DNA of 64,000 bases, from the NCBI GenBank assembly GCA_965207885.1, contig OZ242311.1:2976001-3040000 (forward strand), written 5' to 3'. The notes below the pieces were generated by a model, which saw nothing but the letters and a program-made list of their open reading frames with translations, ran no database searches and was not told the DNA's origin. This DNA is from Candidatus Latescibacterota bacterium. GTDB taxonomy: Bacteria; Latescibacterota; UBA2968. Below are positions 47,967 through 56,118 of this stretch, piece by piece (position 1 is the first letter of the stretch; every line of letters starts with the position of its first letter). Position numbers and translations under genes: made by a program.

Positions 47967-49348
47967 GCCTGGTTCTGGTGATCGATGATAACGAGACGAT
48001 GCGCAGTGGGATGGCACTTTTGCTTGAACGGATGGGGCACGACGTGACGGCAGCTTCGGGCGGGGTGGAGGGGTTGAGGCAGATGAATGCGAGGCCTTTT
48101 GATCTGGTGATTACGGATTACAAGATGGAGGACATGGACGGGCTGGAAGTGCTCGACGCTGTGCGGCGGGATTATGCCGATACGGATGTGGTGGTCATTA
48201 CGGCCTATGGCACAATCGATGTGGCGGTCGAAGCCATGAGAAAAGGGGCGGCAGATTTTGTCGTTAAAGCCGATGCATTGTACGATGTGTTGCGGCTGAG
48301 GGTGGAGAAGGTGCTGAAGCATCGGGAATTGCGTCAGTCGAGGGATCGCCTGGACGAAGAGAACCAGTATTTACGGGACGAGATCGGTGTACGATTTAAT
48401 TTTGGGGAGATGGTGGGCCGATCCAGGCCTATGAAAACGGTGTATGAGATGGTTGAAAAGGTGGCGGAAACGGATTCTGCAGTGCTGGTTTACGGCGAGA
48501 GTGGAACCGGTAAGGAACTGGTTGCCAGAGCGATTCATCGCAGGAGCGCCCGGCGGGAAGGGCCGTTTGTAAAGGTGAATTGCGGGTCACTGCCGAGAGA
48601 ACTGGTTCAAAGCGAATTGTTCGGCCATGAAAAGGGCGCATTTACCGGAGCAATTCGTCAAAAAAAGGGCAAGTTTGAGCTGGCTGAAGGCGGTACGATT
48701 TTTCTCGATGAGATCGGGGATTTGCCCCTTGAGGCTCAGGTAAATATTCTGAGGGTGTTACAGGCGAAGGAGTACGATCGGGTGGGAGGAGAAGAGACGA
48801 TTCAGGCGGATGTACGTGTGATTGCAGCCACACATCGAGTGTTGAGAGAAATGGTGGCCGAGGGCGCATTCCGAGAGGACCTTTTTTATCGGTTGGAGGT
48901 AATTCCGATCCGTCTGGTCCCTTTGAGGGATCGCAAGGCGGACATTCCGGATCTGGTGGAGCACTTTTTGCATAAGAAATGTGAAGAGATGAACCGGCCC
49001 TTGAAACGATTGACAGATCGGGCGATGGCTGCGATGGCGTCCTATACCTGGCCCGGCAATGTGCGGGAACTGGAGAATGTGGTTGAGCGTACCCTTGTGC
49101 TGGCCGACGGCAATGTCGTGGATGTGAACGACCTGCCGCTGGATGTGGAGGCGTCACGAGCAGAGGTTTCCGCTGAGGAATTTGAGGATAGCGCGATTCC
49201 TTTGACCCGCAGGCTGGAAGATTTGGAGCGGCAACTGATTGAACAGGCACTGGAACAGGCCGGAGGGGTTAAAACGAAGGCAGCGGAGATGTTGGGTATC
49301 AAAACCAGCGCGTTTTATTATAAACTGGACAAATACGGGCTGACATAA
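47963..49348 (+). CDS. NtrC-family sigma54-dependent response regulator
   Basis: REC domain (IDD, TD, TAY, K), GESGTGKE, GAFTGA, LDEIGD, WPGNVREL and Fis-type HTH. Confidence 0.95.
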   Translation: MSLVLVIDDNETMRSGMALLLERMGHDVTAASGGVEGLRQMNARPFDLVITDYKMEDMDGLEVLDAVRRDYADTDVVVITAYGTIDVAVEAMRKGAADFVVKADALYDVLRLRVEKVLKHRELRQSRDRLDEENQYLRDEIGVRFNFGEMVGRSRPMKTVYEMVEKVAETDSAVLVYGESGTGKELVARAIHRRSARREGPFVKVNCGSLPRELVQSELFGHEKGAFTGAIRQKKGKFELAEGGTIFLDEIGDLPLEAQVNILRVLQAKEYDRVGGEETIQADVRVIAATHRVLREMVAEGAFREDLFYRLEVIPIRLVPLRDRKADIPDLVEHFLHKKCEEMNRPLKRLTDRAMAAMASYTWPGNVRELENVVERTLVLADGNVVDVNDLPLDVEASRAEVSAEEFEDSAIPLTRRLEDLERQLIEQALEQAGGVKTKAAEMLGIKTSAFYYKLDKYGLT

Positions 49349-49398
49349 AGGGCGGGTTTCATAGATCAGGGTAGGGGATAATCGTTATAGGAATTGTG

Positions 49399-50457
49399 AT
49401 GAGATATGTCTATAGATGTTTATTTTTCTACAGTTTAGTTTGGAGCTTGTCGTTTTCAGCGGCGGCCGAATCGCTCGACAGCCTGCAGACCGAGCACACG
49501 CGGTTGGAGGAAGTTAGAGATTCTTTGCTCACACAACGGGCGGTTCTGGCGACCAGACTGGACACGCTGGCAAACCAGATCTACCGCTTGAAGCGCGCCG
49601 ATACTGGGGGCGTTGCGGAGACACTCCAGCAGGCGCTAAGGCAAACACTGGAACTCGCGGATCGTATTGAGCGGGTTGACATGGCCTTTGAAGTGGTGCG
49701 GACTGCATTGTCCCACCTGCGGCAAAAACTGCGAGCGCACTATGATCGAGAGATCGGCGCAGCCATTGCAGCGCTGGAGCAAGGGCCGGATGCCGCTAAG
49801 GCTGGCCGATTGAGAGCCTTGCAGCGGGCGCGAGGCGCACTGGAGGAAGGGGGGATGGAAATTCGTCTGGCAGAGGCGCAGATGCTGGTGGTGCGGGAGG
49901 ATGACGGACCAGATGAGATTCGCCAAAAAGCCGACCTGATGGAGGATATGGCGGCTCAAACACGGGTGAAAACAGATGTGGTGATGCGGCGGATAAAACG
50001 GTTGGAGGAAGAGCGCAGATTGCGGATACGGATGGCCACATTGAGAGGAGAGTTGGACTTTTTTGATGAGGCTGTGCTCGAAGGGCGTTCTCTGTCACCC
50101 GGGCAGGCAGTCGAGGGAACGGGTGGTGTGTTGCTCGATGAGGCGGGCCCGGCACCAGAAAATGCGTTGCCCGATGCGATGGCGGCAGCAGGGGTGACGG
50201 ACGAACGATCGGGGTCCGACGCAACAGAGATAGTGGAGCCCGGTTCTACGACAGAGCGAGTTTTTGTGGTCGGGCGAGAGATTGGCGTGCCGTACGCACA
50301 GACTCCGCCAGAGGTGCTTTCCTCGGATGATCTGGTTTCGGAGATTGCGCGATTAAAGGGACTACAGAAGGCTCTGACGACCCGCGAACAGGCACTGAAA
50401 CAGCGTGCAGAGGCATTTCGGAAACATCTGCAGCGGATGCTGAAGGAGGGACGTTGA
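49399..50457 (+). CDS. Secreted/periplasmic coiled-coil protein
   Basis: Signal peptide, long heptad helices and an acidic low-complexity linker. Confidence 0.65.
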   Translation: MRYVYRCLFFYSLVWSLSFSAAAESLDSLQTEHTRLEEVRDSLLTQRAVLATRLDTLANQIYRLKRADTGGVAETLQQALRQTLELADRIERVDMAFEVVRTALSHLRQKLRAHYDREIGAAIAALEQGPDAAKAGRLRALQRARGALEEGGMEIRLAEAQMLVVREDDGPDEIRQKADLMEDMAAQTRVKTDVVMRRIKRLEEERRLRIRMATLRGELDFFDEAVLEGRSLSPGQAVEGTGGVLLDEAGPAPENALPDAMAAAGVTDERSGSDATEIVEPGSTTERVFVVGREIGVPYAQTPPEVLSSDDLVSEIARLKGLQKALTTREQALKQRAEAFRKHLQRMLKEGR

Positions 50458-51527
50458 AGTGCCAGAGAGTATGCGGGGCTGTGCTCGGTGTCACGGTGAT
50501 GTTGTGTGCCTTAGGCGTCGGGTGGTCGGCGGAGACCCGCATTGAGGCGGGCATGGTCTATGATAACAATCTGTTTGAGGCGCCGGTTGATCTGCAGTCC
50601 GGCTGGATCAGCCGGTTTTACTTTGCGTATTCGGGTGATTTGCGCAAGCGTCCCCGGAGTTCTGTTTGGCTGCGGTACCAGATAGGTGCCAAACGATTCT
50701 GGACTGCGGAGCGATCAATGTCCGAAAAATCCGGCGCAGTGTTGACCAACCACTTGAACGTAACCACGTCCTCGCGCGTGGGGCGCCGGGTGAGGCTGGC
50801 AGGTAGCGGCGTGTTGAAAGTAAAAATTGTAAACCGGGTCCCAGGGGAAGAAGGATATTTGCGCGGCGCTTTAGAAGGACGTATCCAATATGTTTTTGGA
50901 CAGGGGTTTACAAGCGACCTGTATCATCGCTTTGGTGGACATGATTCTCGGGATATGCGATTGCCAGAGGTGATTTCGAACGAAGTGGGTGCGGGTGTCC
51001 AGTACGGGAAATCCCGGCGATTTCGAGCCCGATTGACAGGGATCTGGCGGTGGTTGGATTACAATCGCGCGGCTCTGGCGGTTGATGCAGGAGGCAGGAT
51101 AGATGAATTGAGATTTGCACAATCGGATCTTTTGCGCGAGATTTCAACAGGCATACAGCTTTATCGTGGGGTGCTCGTTGATCTCGTCTATGGATTTCTC
51201 CACAATACATCCAACAGCTACGGATATAGCTTTAAAGCGCACCGGATGCAGGTGCTTCTGGTGCGACACCTGGGTTTCCAGTTCGATGCGCAGATGCTGG
51301 CAAATCTCCAGCTTCGCAGGTATGATGATCCGCTGGTGCCACTGCCCGGTTGGGATTCGGAGGTGGATGAATACGAACAGACGCTTTTGGTACTGAAGTT
51401 GTCCCGGCAGTTGACGAACCGGCTGGATCTCTCATTGCAATACGGATTTTCCCGCAACGGTGCCCGCCGAACCGGCGGTTTTTATCGCAAGCATACCAGT
51501 GCGATTTCCGTGGCGATTTCCCTCTAA
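50454..51527 (+). CDS. Putative outer-membrane beta-barrel protein
   Basis: Signal peptide, GMVYDNN first strand, amphipathic strands and hydrophobic C-terminal strand. TTGA overlap with the upstream gene. Confidence 0.65.
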   Translation: MKCQRVCGAVLGVTVMLCALGVGWSAETRIEAGMVYDNNLFEAPVDLQSGWISRFYFAYSGDLRKRPRSSVWLRYQIGAKRFWTAERSMSEKSGAVLTNHLNVTTSSRVGRRVRLAGSGVLKVKIVNRVPGEEGYLRGALEGRIQYVFGQGFTSDLYHRFGGHDSRDMRLPEVISNEVGAGVQYGKSRRFRARLTGIWRWLDYNRAALAVDAGGRIDELRFAQSDLLREISTGIQLYRGVLVDLVYGFLHNTSNSYGYSFKAHRMQVLLVRHLGFQFDAQMLANLQLRRYDDPLVPLPGWDSEVDEYEQTLLVLKLSRQLTNRLDLSLQYGFSRNGARRTGGFYRKHTSAISVAISL

Positions 51528-51568
51528 GTTCCCTCAGTTTTTGATTCTTCCAACCCCTAATATCTCGA
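51429..51568 (+). repeat. Degenerate direct repeat copy B: intact gene end plus decayed downstream sequence
   Basis: Shares blocks TGCAAT, ATTTTC.CGCAACGG.GCC.GCCG, TTTATC.CAAGCA.ACC, GCGATTTC.CTCTAA, TTCCCTCAGTTTTT, TTCCAACCC and ATCTCGA with 42225-42362. Confidence 0.85.
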
Positions 51569-51656
51569 AACGCCATCACCCCGGACACGAGGCTTCAAGG
51601 TCGTTGATCTGAAAGCTTAGTCCAGTCCTGGTTGGAGATCCCGATCCACATCCGGG

Positions 51657-53039
51657 TTATGCTCTCGCGGCTTCCCAGCCTTTTTTTATCACTTTCTCGA
51701 GTTCGGTCACTGTTTCGGCATAGCGAACGTCTTCCGCGGCATTGACGTTTTCCGCCGCATCTTCCCGATGATCGTAAAGCTCTCGTGCTTTTACCTCTCC
51801 TGTATCTCTCGATTGCCATTCTGTGTAGCGGAAATCTTCCGTCTTAATGGTGTAGCCCATCACGCCCGTGCGTGGATATTGGCTGAAAGCCGCCTGTTTC
51901 CAGGTTCTATCTGGATCCTCCATCAAGGGGACAAAGCTCTGGCCCTCGAGATGATCGGGTAGCGGTAGATCGCACAGGTCGCATAGCGACGGGTACATAT
52001 CGACGAATTCTGTAAGACCAGATGCTTTTGCGCCCGGCTTGCCGCGTTCTGGCGAGCGGACGATCATTGGGGCATGTGTGTCGATGTCGAAGTTCGTGTG
52101 TTTGCACCAGCTGCCGTGTTCGCCGAGTTTCCAGCCGTGATCTCCCCACAGGATTACAACTGTGTTTTCTTTGAGGCCGAGCCGTTCGACTTCGTCGAGC
52201 ACGCGCCCGACCTGCGCGTCCATATACGAGACACACGCACAGTAGCCGTGGACCAATGTGCGTGCCAGATCTTCGGGAATCGGTCCCTCTTTTGGCATTC
52301 CGAAGTAGCCGCGCAGTTCTCCAAATTCGGTCAGAGAGTACTCGGTGACGTTTTCCGGTGCGCTGGTATTCAGGGCGAGTGGCAATGCTTCCCGATCGTA
52401 AACGTCCCAGTGGTGCTTTGGGGCGTTGAAGGGCAGATGGGGTTTGTGAAAGCCCACGGCGAGGAAGAAAGGTTGATCGCGCAATTCGTTGAGCGTTTTG
52501 ATGGCGTGATCGGCATCCTTGCCGTCGTGATAGGCATTGTCTGGAACGTCCGCGGCTTCGAAAGCGGGTCCCATACCCCGTCGCGTGGATCTTTCAGCAG
52601 CCATTTGAGCATCTGTTCGCTCAATCACTTCCATCGCTTCATCCGTCAGGTAGCCCCGTCCCTTCCAATCACCTGTTGAGACGTGTGGTTCTGCTGACCA
52701 TCCTTGCAGATCATCGCTTCGATGGTGATAAATTTTCCCGATGGATCGCGTCTCGTAGCCGTGCTGCTTGAAGTGCTGTGGTAGTGAGAGGACATCGGGC
52801 ATCACGGACCGCAAAGGGGTTTGTAGATCGTAAATTGTCGTCATATCCGGGCGGCAGCCACTCAGAACACTCGCCCGAGAAGGCGCGCACACGGCTTGCT
52901 GGCAGTAAGCCCGCTCAAAGAGGACGCCCTCTGCGGCCAATTGATCGATGTTCGGCGACTGTACGAAATCCTGACCATAACAACCGAGTTGAGGACGGAG
53001 ATCATCTACGGCGATGAATAATACGTTCATTTTGGTCAC
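51657..53039 (-). CDS. Sulfatase (iduronate-2-sulfatase-like, Cys-type)
   Basis: NVLFIAVDDLRP, CAPSRAS, GKIYH, GFHKPHLPF and WGDHGWKLGEH. GGAGG RBS before GTG. Confidence 0.92.
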   Translation of the reverse strand: MTKMNVLFIAVDDLRPQLGCYGQDFVQSPNIDQLAAEGVLFERAYCQQAVCAPSRASVLSGCRPDMTTIYDLQTPLRSVMPDVLSLPQHFKQHGYETRSIGKIYHHRSDDLQGWSAEPHVSTGDWKGRGYLTDEAMEVIERTDAQMAAERSTRRGMGPAFEAADVPDNAYHDGKDADHAIKTLNELRDQPFFLAVGFHKPHLPFNAPKHHWDVYDREALPLALNTSAPENVTEYSLTEFGELRGYFGMPKEGPIPEDLARTLVHGYCACVSYMDAQVGRVLDEVERLGLKENTVVILWGDHGWKLGEHGSWCKHTNFDIDTHAPMIVRSPERGKPGAKASGLTEFVDMYPSLCDLCDLPLPDHLEGQSFVPLMEDPDRTWKQAAFSQYPRTGVMGYTIKTEDFRYTEWQSRDTGEVKARELYDHREDAAENVNAAEDVRYAETVTELEKVIKKGWEAARA

Positions 53040-53206
53040 ACTTCCTCCGTAAGAATTGGGAGTTAGGCGTTTATGCCGAGCTTGTGCAGGGCAATATAAG
53101 GGGCTGAATATAAAAATCAAGCCACACAACAGATCAAATGTTGACAAGACGAGTCTTGTGATGTCATATTACGGGCAGGTGGTTAGGCCAAACAAGGAGG
53201 GTTATT

Positions 53207-54109
53207 ATGGCGCAGGATACTGTACGAGAGGTCGTGACGAGTACGATTCCCCATAGAGTCCTGGGCAAGACCGGAGAGCGGGTACCCATTCTGGGGTATG
53301 GATCTGCCCCCGGTGGGATGGGGCTTTCGGATGAGGACGCCATTGCGCTTTGCCATAAGGTGATTGATCTGGGGGTGACGTATATCGATACAGCGCCCGG
53401 ATATGGTCGGGCGCATGTGCAACTGGGGCAGGTGATGGCGGAGCGGCGAGATGAGGTGTTTTTGGTGACCAAGACAGCGGCGGATGAAGCGGAACAAGCC
53501 CTGAAGATATTGGAGAATGGGTTGAAAGATTTGCAGACGGATCATGTGGATCTGGTTTACGTGCATTCGATGGGCCGTAGAGATGTAGATCGGGTGCTGG
53601 CTCCCGATGGTGCGCTGGCAGGGTTGCGGGAAGCCCAGCGGCGGGGCTGGACGCGATTTATAGGGGTGACAGCGCACAATGCACCCTGGAGGACCGCTCG
53701 CGTGTTGCGGGAGGCGGATATAGATGTGGTGATGCTCGCCATAAATCTCGCGGATCGCTATACTTATAATTTTGAGAATGAAGTGTTGCCTCTGGCGTAT
53801 GAGCAGAATGTGGGCGTGGCGGCAATGAAGGTTTACGGCGGGGCGCAGGGAATGACGTATCAAACGCCCAGGACTTCGGCTTTGGCCGCGCATGGGCCAC
53901 ACGATCACGAGACAGCATTGCGTTACGCGCTGGGATTGCCCGGTGTTTGCACGGCTGTGATCGGCATGTTTTCAGAGGCAGAGCTTGTGCAGAATCTGGA
54001 GTGGGCGCGGCGATTTACGCCGCTGAATGCAGCAGATGGTATTGCTCTTGAGGCTCTTGGTCGAGAGATTGCGGCGGATTGGGGACCGCATTACGGTGCA
54101 GTGGAGTAG
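53207..54109 (+). CDS. Aldo/keto reductase
   Basis: LGKTG, YIDTAPGYG, VFLVTK, LQTDHVDL and AMK. Confidence 0.9.
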   Translation: MAQDTVREVVTSTIPHRVLGKTGERVPILGYGSAPGGMGLSDEDAIALCHKVIDLGVTYIDTAPGYGRAHVQLGQVMAERRDEVFLVTKTAADEAEQALKILENGLKDLQTDHVDLVYVHSMGRRDVDRVLAPDGALAGLREAQRRGWTRFIGVTAHNAPWRTARVLREADIDVVMLAINLADRYTYNFENEVLPLAYEQNVGVAAMKVYGGAQGMTYQTPRTSALAAHGPHDHETALRYALGLPGVCTAVIGMFSEAELVQNLEWARRFTPLNAADGIALEALGREIAADWGPHYGAVE

Positions 54110-54117
54110 GGTGAAAA

Positions 54118-56100
54118 ATGGCTGAAATCAAAAGGAAACTCTTTCCATCGTCTGAGTTGGCCGAGGATAGCCTGCGCTGGACTGTCGTGGTGCTTTTCTC
54201 GGCCACATTGGTTTTTGCCTGTGTTGCCGCAACGTTTTTGGAGTTCAAATCTCGTTCTGCACATATGGCGATGGCGAATCTACCTCTGGCAGTGTTGTTG
54301 CCCTTTGTGGCCTGGCTTCTGGTGAATGCCTTTTTGAAGCGGTTCGCGCCTCGTTTGTCCATGACTTCTGCAGAGTTGAGGCTGGCGTTGAGCATGCTCT
54401 GGGTGGGCGGGTCGTTTGCGGGGTATAACTGGATTACGCAGTGGGTGGGCGCGATGGCGGCGCCGAGATATTATGCGTCGCCCGAGAACCGGTGGCAGGA
54501 GTTGATTTTTGACTATTTGCCCTGGTGGATGTTTCCCTCGAATTTTCCAGGGGTAACAGAGGGCTTTTTTCTGGGGCTGGAGGAAGGTGTGGCAGTGCCG
54601 TGGGGGGCGTGGATAGCTCCGATCTTTTGGGCGATGTCCGCCGGGTTGGCGATGACGGCTATTGGGCTGGGTTTGACGGCGGTGTTCCAGAAGCAGTGGG
54701 TTCGGCACGAACGGCTGACGTATCCACTGGCGCAGGTTCCCCTCGATTTGACAGAAGGGTTTGACGGCAAGCGCGGTTGGCCCCCATTTATGAGGAACTG
54801 GCTGTTCTGGGTGGGGTTTGCCGTGGCTGCTCTCCCTTTGTTGTGGAATCTGATCGAATACTGGACGCCGGGTTTTCCCCGGCTGGCGATTTTCGATCCT
54901 TATTATGGCCCCAGAGGTCCCAGAGGTGCTGTATTGTCGCGTTATTTGTCACCGTTCTCCTATCGAATTTTGCCCCCTGTGCTGGGGTTCACATTTTTGT
55001 GCGATCTGAATATCCTGTTTAGTATCTGGTCTTTGTGGCTGGCCGGGCAGGTGGGACTTTACGGGATGTCCAGGGTTGGATTTTCCGTGGGTTTGGCCGG
55101 GCAAGAGGCTAAACCCACGGCAATTTTGGGCCTGTTTACCCATGGTGTGAGCATGGGACTGGCGATCTGGGCAATTTGGGTTGCTCGCGGTCATCTGCGA
55201 AAGGTTTTTCGGCAGGTGTTACGCCCGCCTGCAGGTGGGGAGGCGGAAACCGCGATTTTGTCTCCCCGATTAGCTGTGTGTGGGATTTTGGGGGGCGGTA
55301 TTTATATGGTTTTCTGGCTGTACAGCGCGGGTTATAGCGCGGGGATTGGGCTGGCCTGGCTGTTGCTTTTCTGGGCGAGTATTCTGGTGGTTATGAAGTT
55401 TTTGGCGGCGAGTGGGTTTGCGTATCTGTTTCCGAGTTTCGGTACTTCGATTCTGGATATGACAGTGGGAGCCAGTCAGATGCAGGAATCTACGCTGGTA
55501 GGGCTTCGGCTGGTGAATTGGCGTTTGCTGGCTGGCTGGCGTTTGCCGGCGGCATTGCCCCATGTGGAGCGCCTGGTGAGGCCGGCAAAGCGGGTTGGGT
55601 GGGTGGTAATTGGGAGCCTGATGCTGGGGATGCTGGCGGCCATTATTTACACAGTTGCCATCTGCTATGAATCGGGGGGGAGCACTTTCCGCACATGGTC
55701 TTTGGTGGGTGCGCCAGTGGGGATGTACGAAGGCATTGCCAAGGCGGTCGCAGAAACGAACCCGACTGTAACCGATCCGGGAAAAATTGGCGTGTGGATT
55801 CTGGGCGGTGTGATCGCGGGGATTATTCAGGTGATGCAGAGTCGGTTTTCCTGGTGGCCGTTTCATCCGCTGGGTGTGATGCTGATGTCGAGCGGTTATG
55901 TTCGGCTCTATGTGCTGGATATTTTTCTGGTGTGGCTGAGCAAATTGCTGGTTCTCAGTTTTGGGGGTATTTCACTTTATCGAAGGGTTAAGCCGTGTTG
56001 TTATGGGTTGATTGTGGGGTATGTGTTTGCCGTGGGATGCTCTTTTTTGATTGATTTGATCTGGTTTCCCGAAGGGGGGCATTATATCCACGGGTATTAG
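54118..56100 (+). CDS. Polytopic membrane protein (DUF6785/DUF6784-like putative transporter)
   Basis: More than 12 TM helices, QWVRHERLTYPLAQVP and WWPFHPLG. Confidence 0.7.
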   Translation: MAEIKRKLFPSSELAEDSLRWTVVVLFSATLVFACVAATFLEFKSRSAHMAMANLPLAVLLPFVAWLLVNAFLKRFAPRLSMTSAELRLALSMLWVGGSFAGYNWITQWVGAMAAPRYYASPENRWQELIFDYLPWWMFPSNFPGVTEGFFLGLEEGVAVPWGAWIAPIFWAMSAGLAMTAIGLGLTAVFQKQWVRHERLTYPLAQVPLDLTEGFDGKRGWPPFMRNWLFWVGFAVAALPLLWNLIEYWTPGFPRLAIFDPYYGPRGPRGAVLSRYLSPFSYRILPPVLGFTFLCDLNILFSIWSLWLAGQVGLYGMSRVGFSVGLAGQEAKPTAILGLFTHGVSMGLAIWAIWVARGHLRKVFRQVLRPPAGGEAETAILSPRLAVCGILGGGIYMVFWLYSAGYSAGIGLAWLLLFWASILVVMKFLAASGFAYLFPSFGTSILDMTVGASQMQESTLVGLRLVNWRLLAGWRLPAALPHVERLVRPAKRVGWVVIGSLMLGMLAAIIYTVAICYESGGSTFRTWSLVGAPVGMYEGIAKAVAETNPTVTDPGKIGVWILGGVIAGIIQVMQSRFSWWPFHPLGVMLMSSGYVRLYVLDIFLVWLSKLLVLSFGGISLYRRVKPCCYGLIVGYVFAVGCSFLIDLIWFPEGGHYIHGY

Positions 56101-56118
56101 TGAAGTGTGAAGTAGGAG

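Noticed and set aside
51575-51660. Possible stem-loop CCCGGA...TCCGGG between convergent genes
   Set aside because: Pairing is weak and interrupted, there is no U-tract, and it matches no family I recognise.
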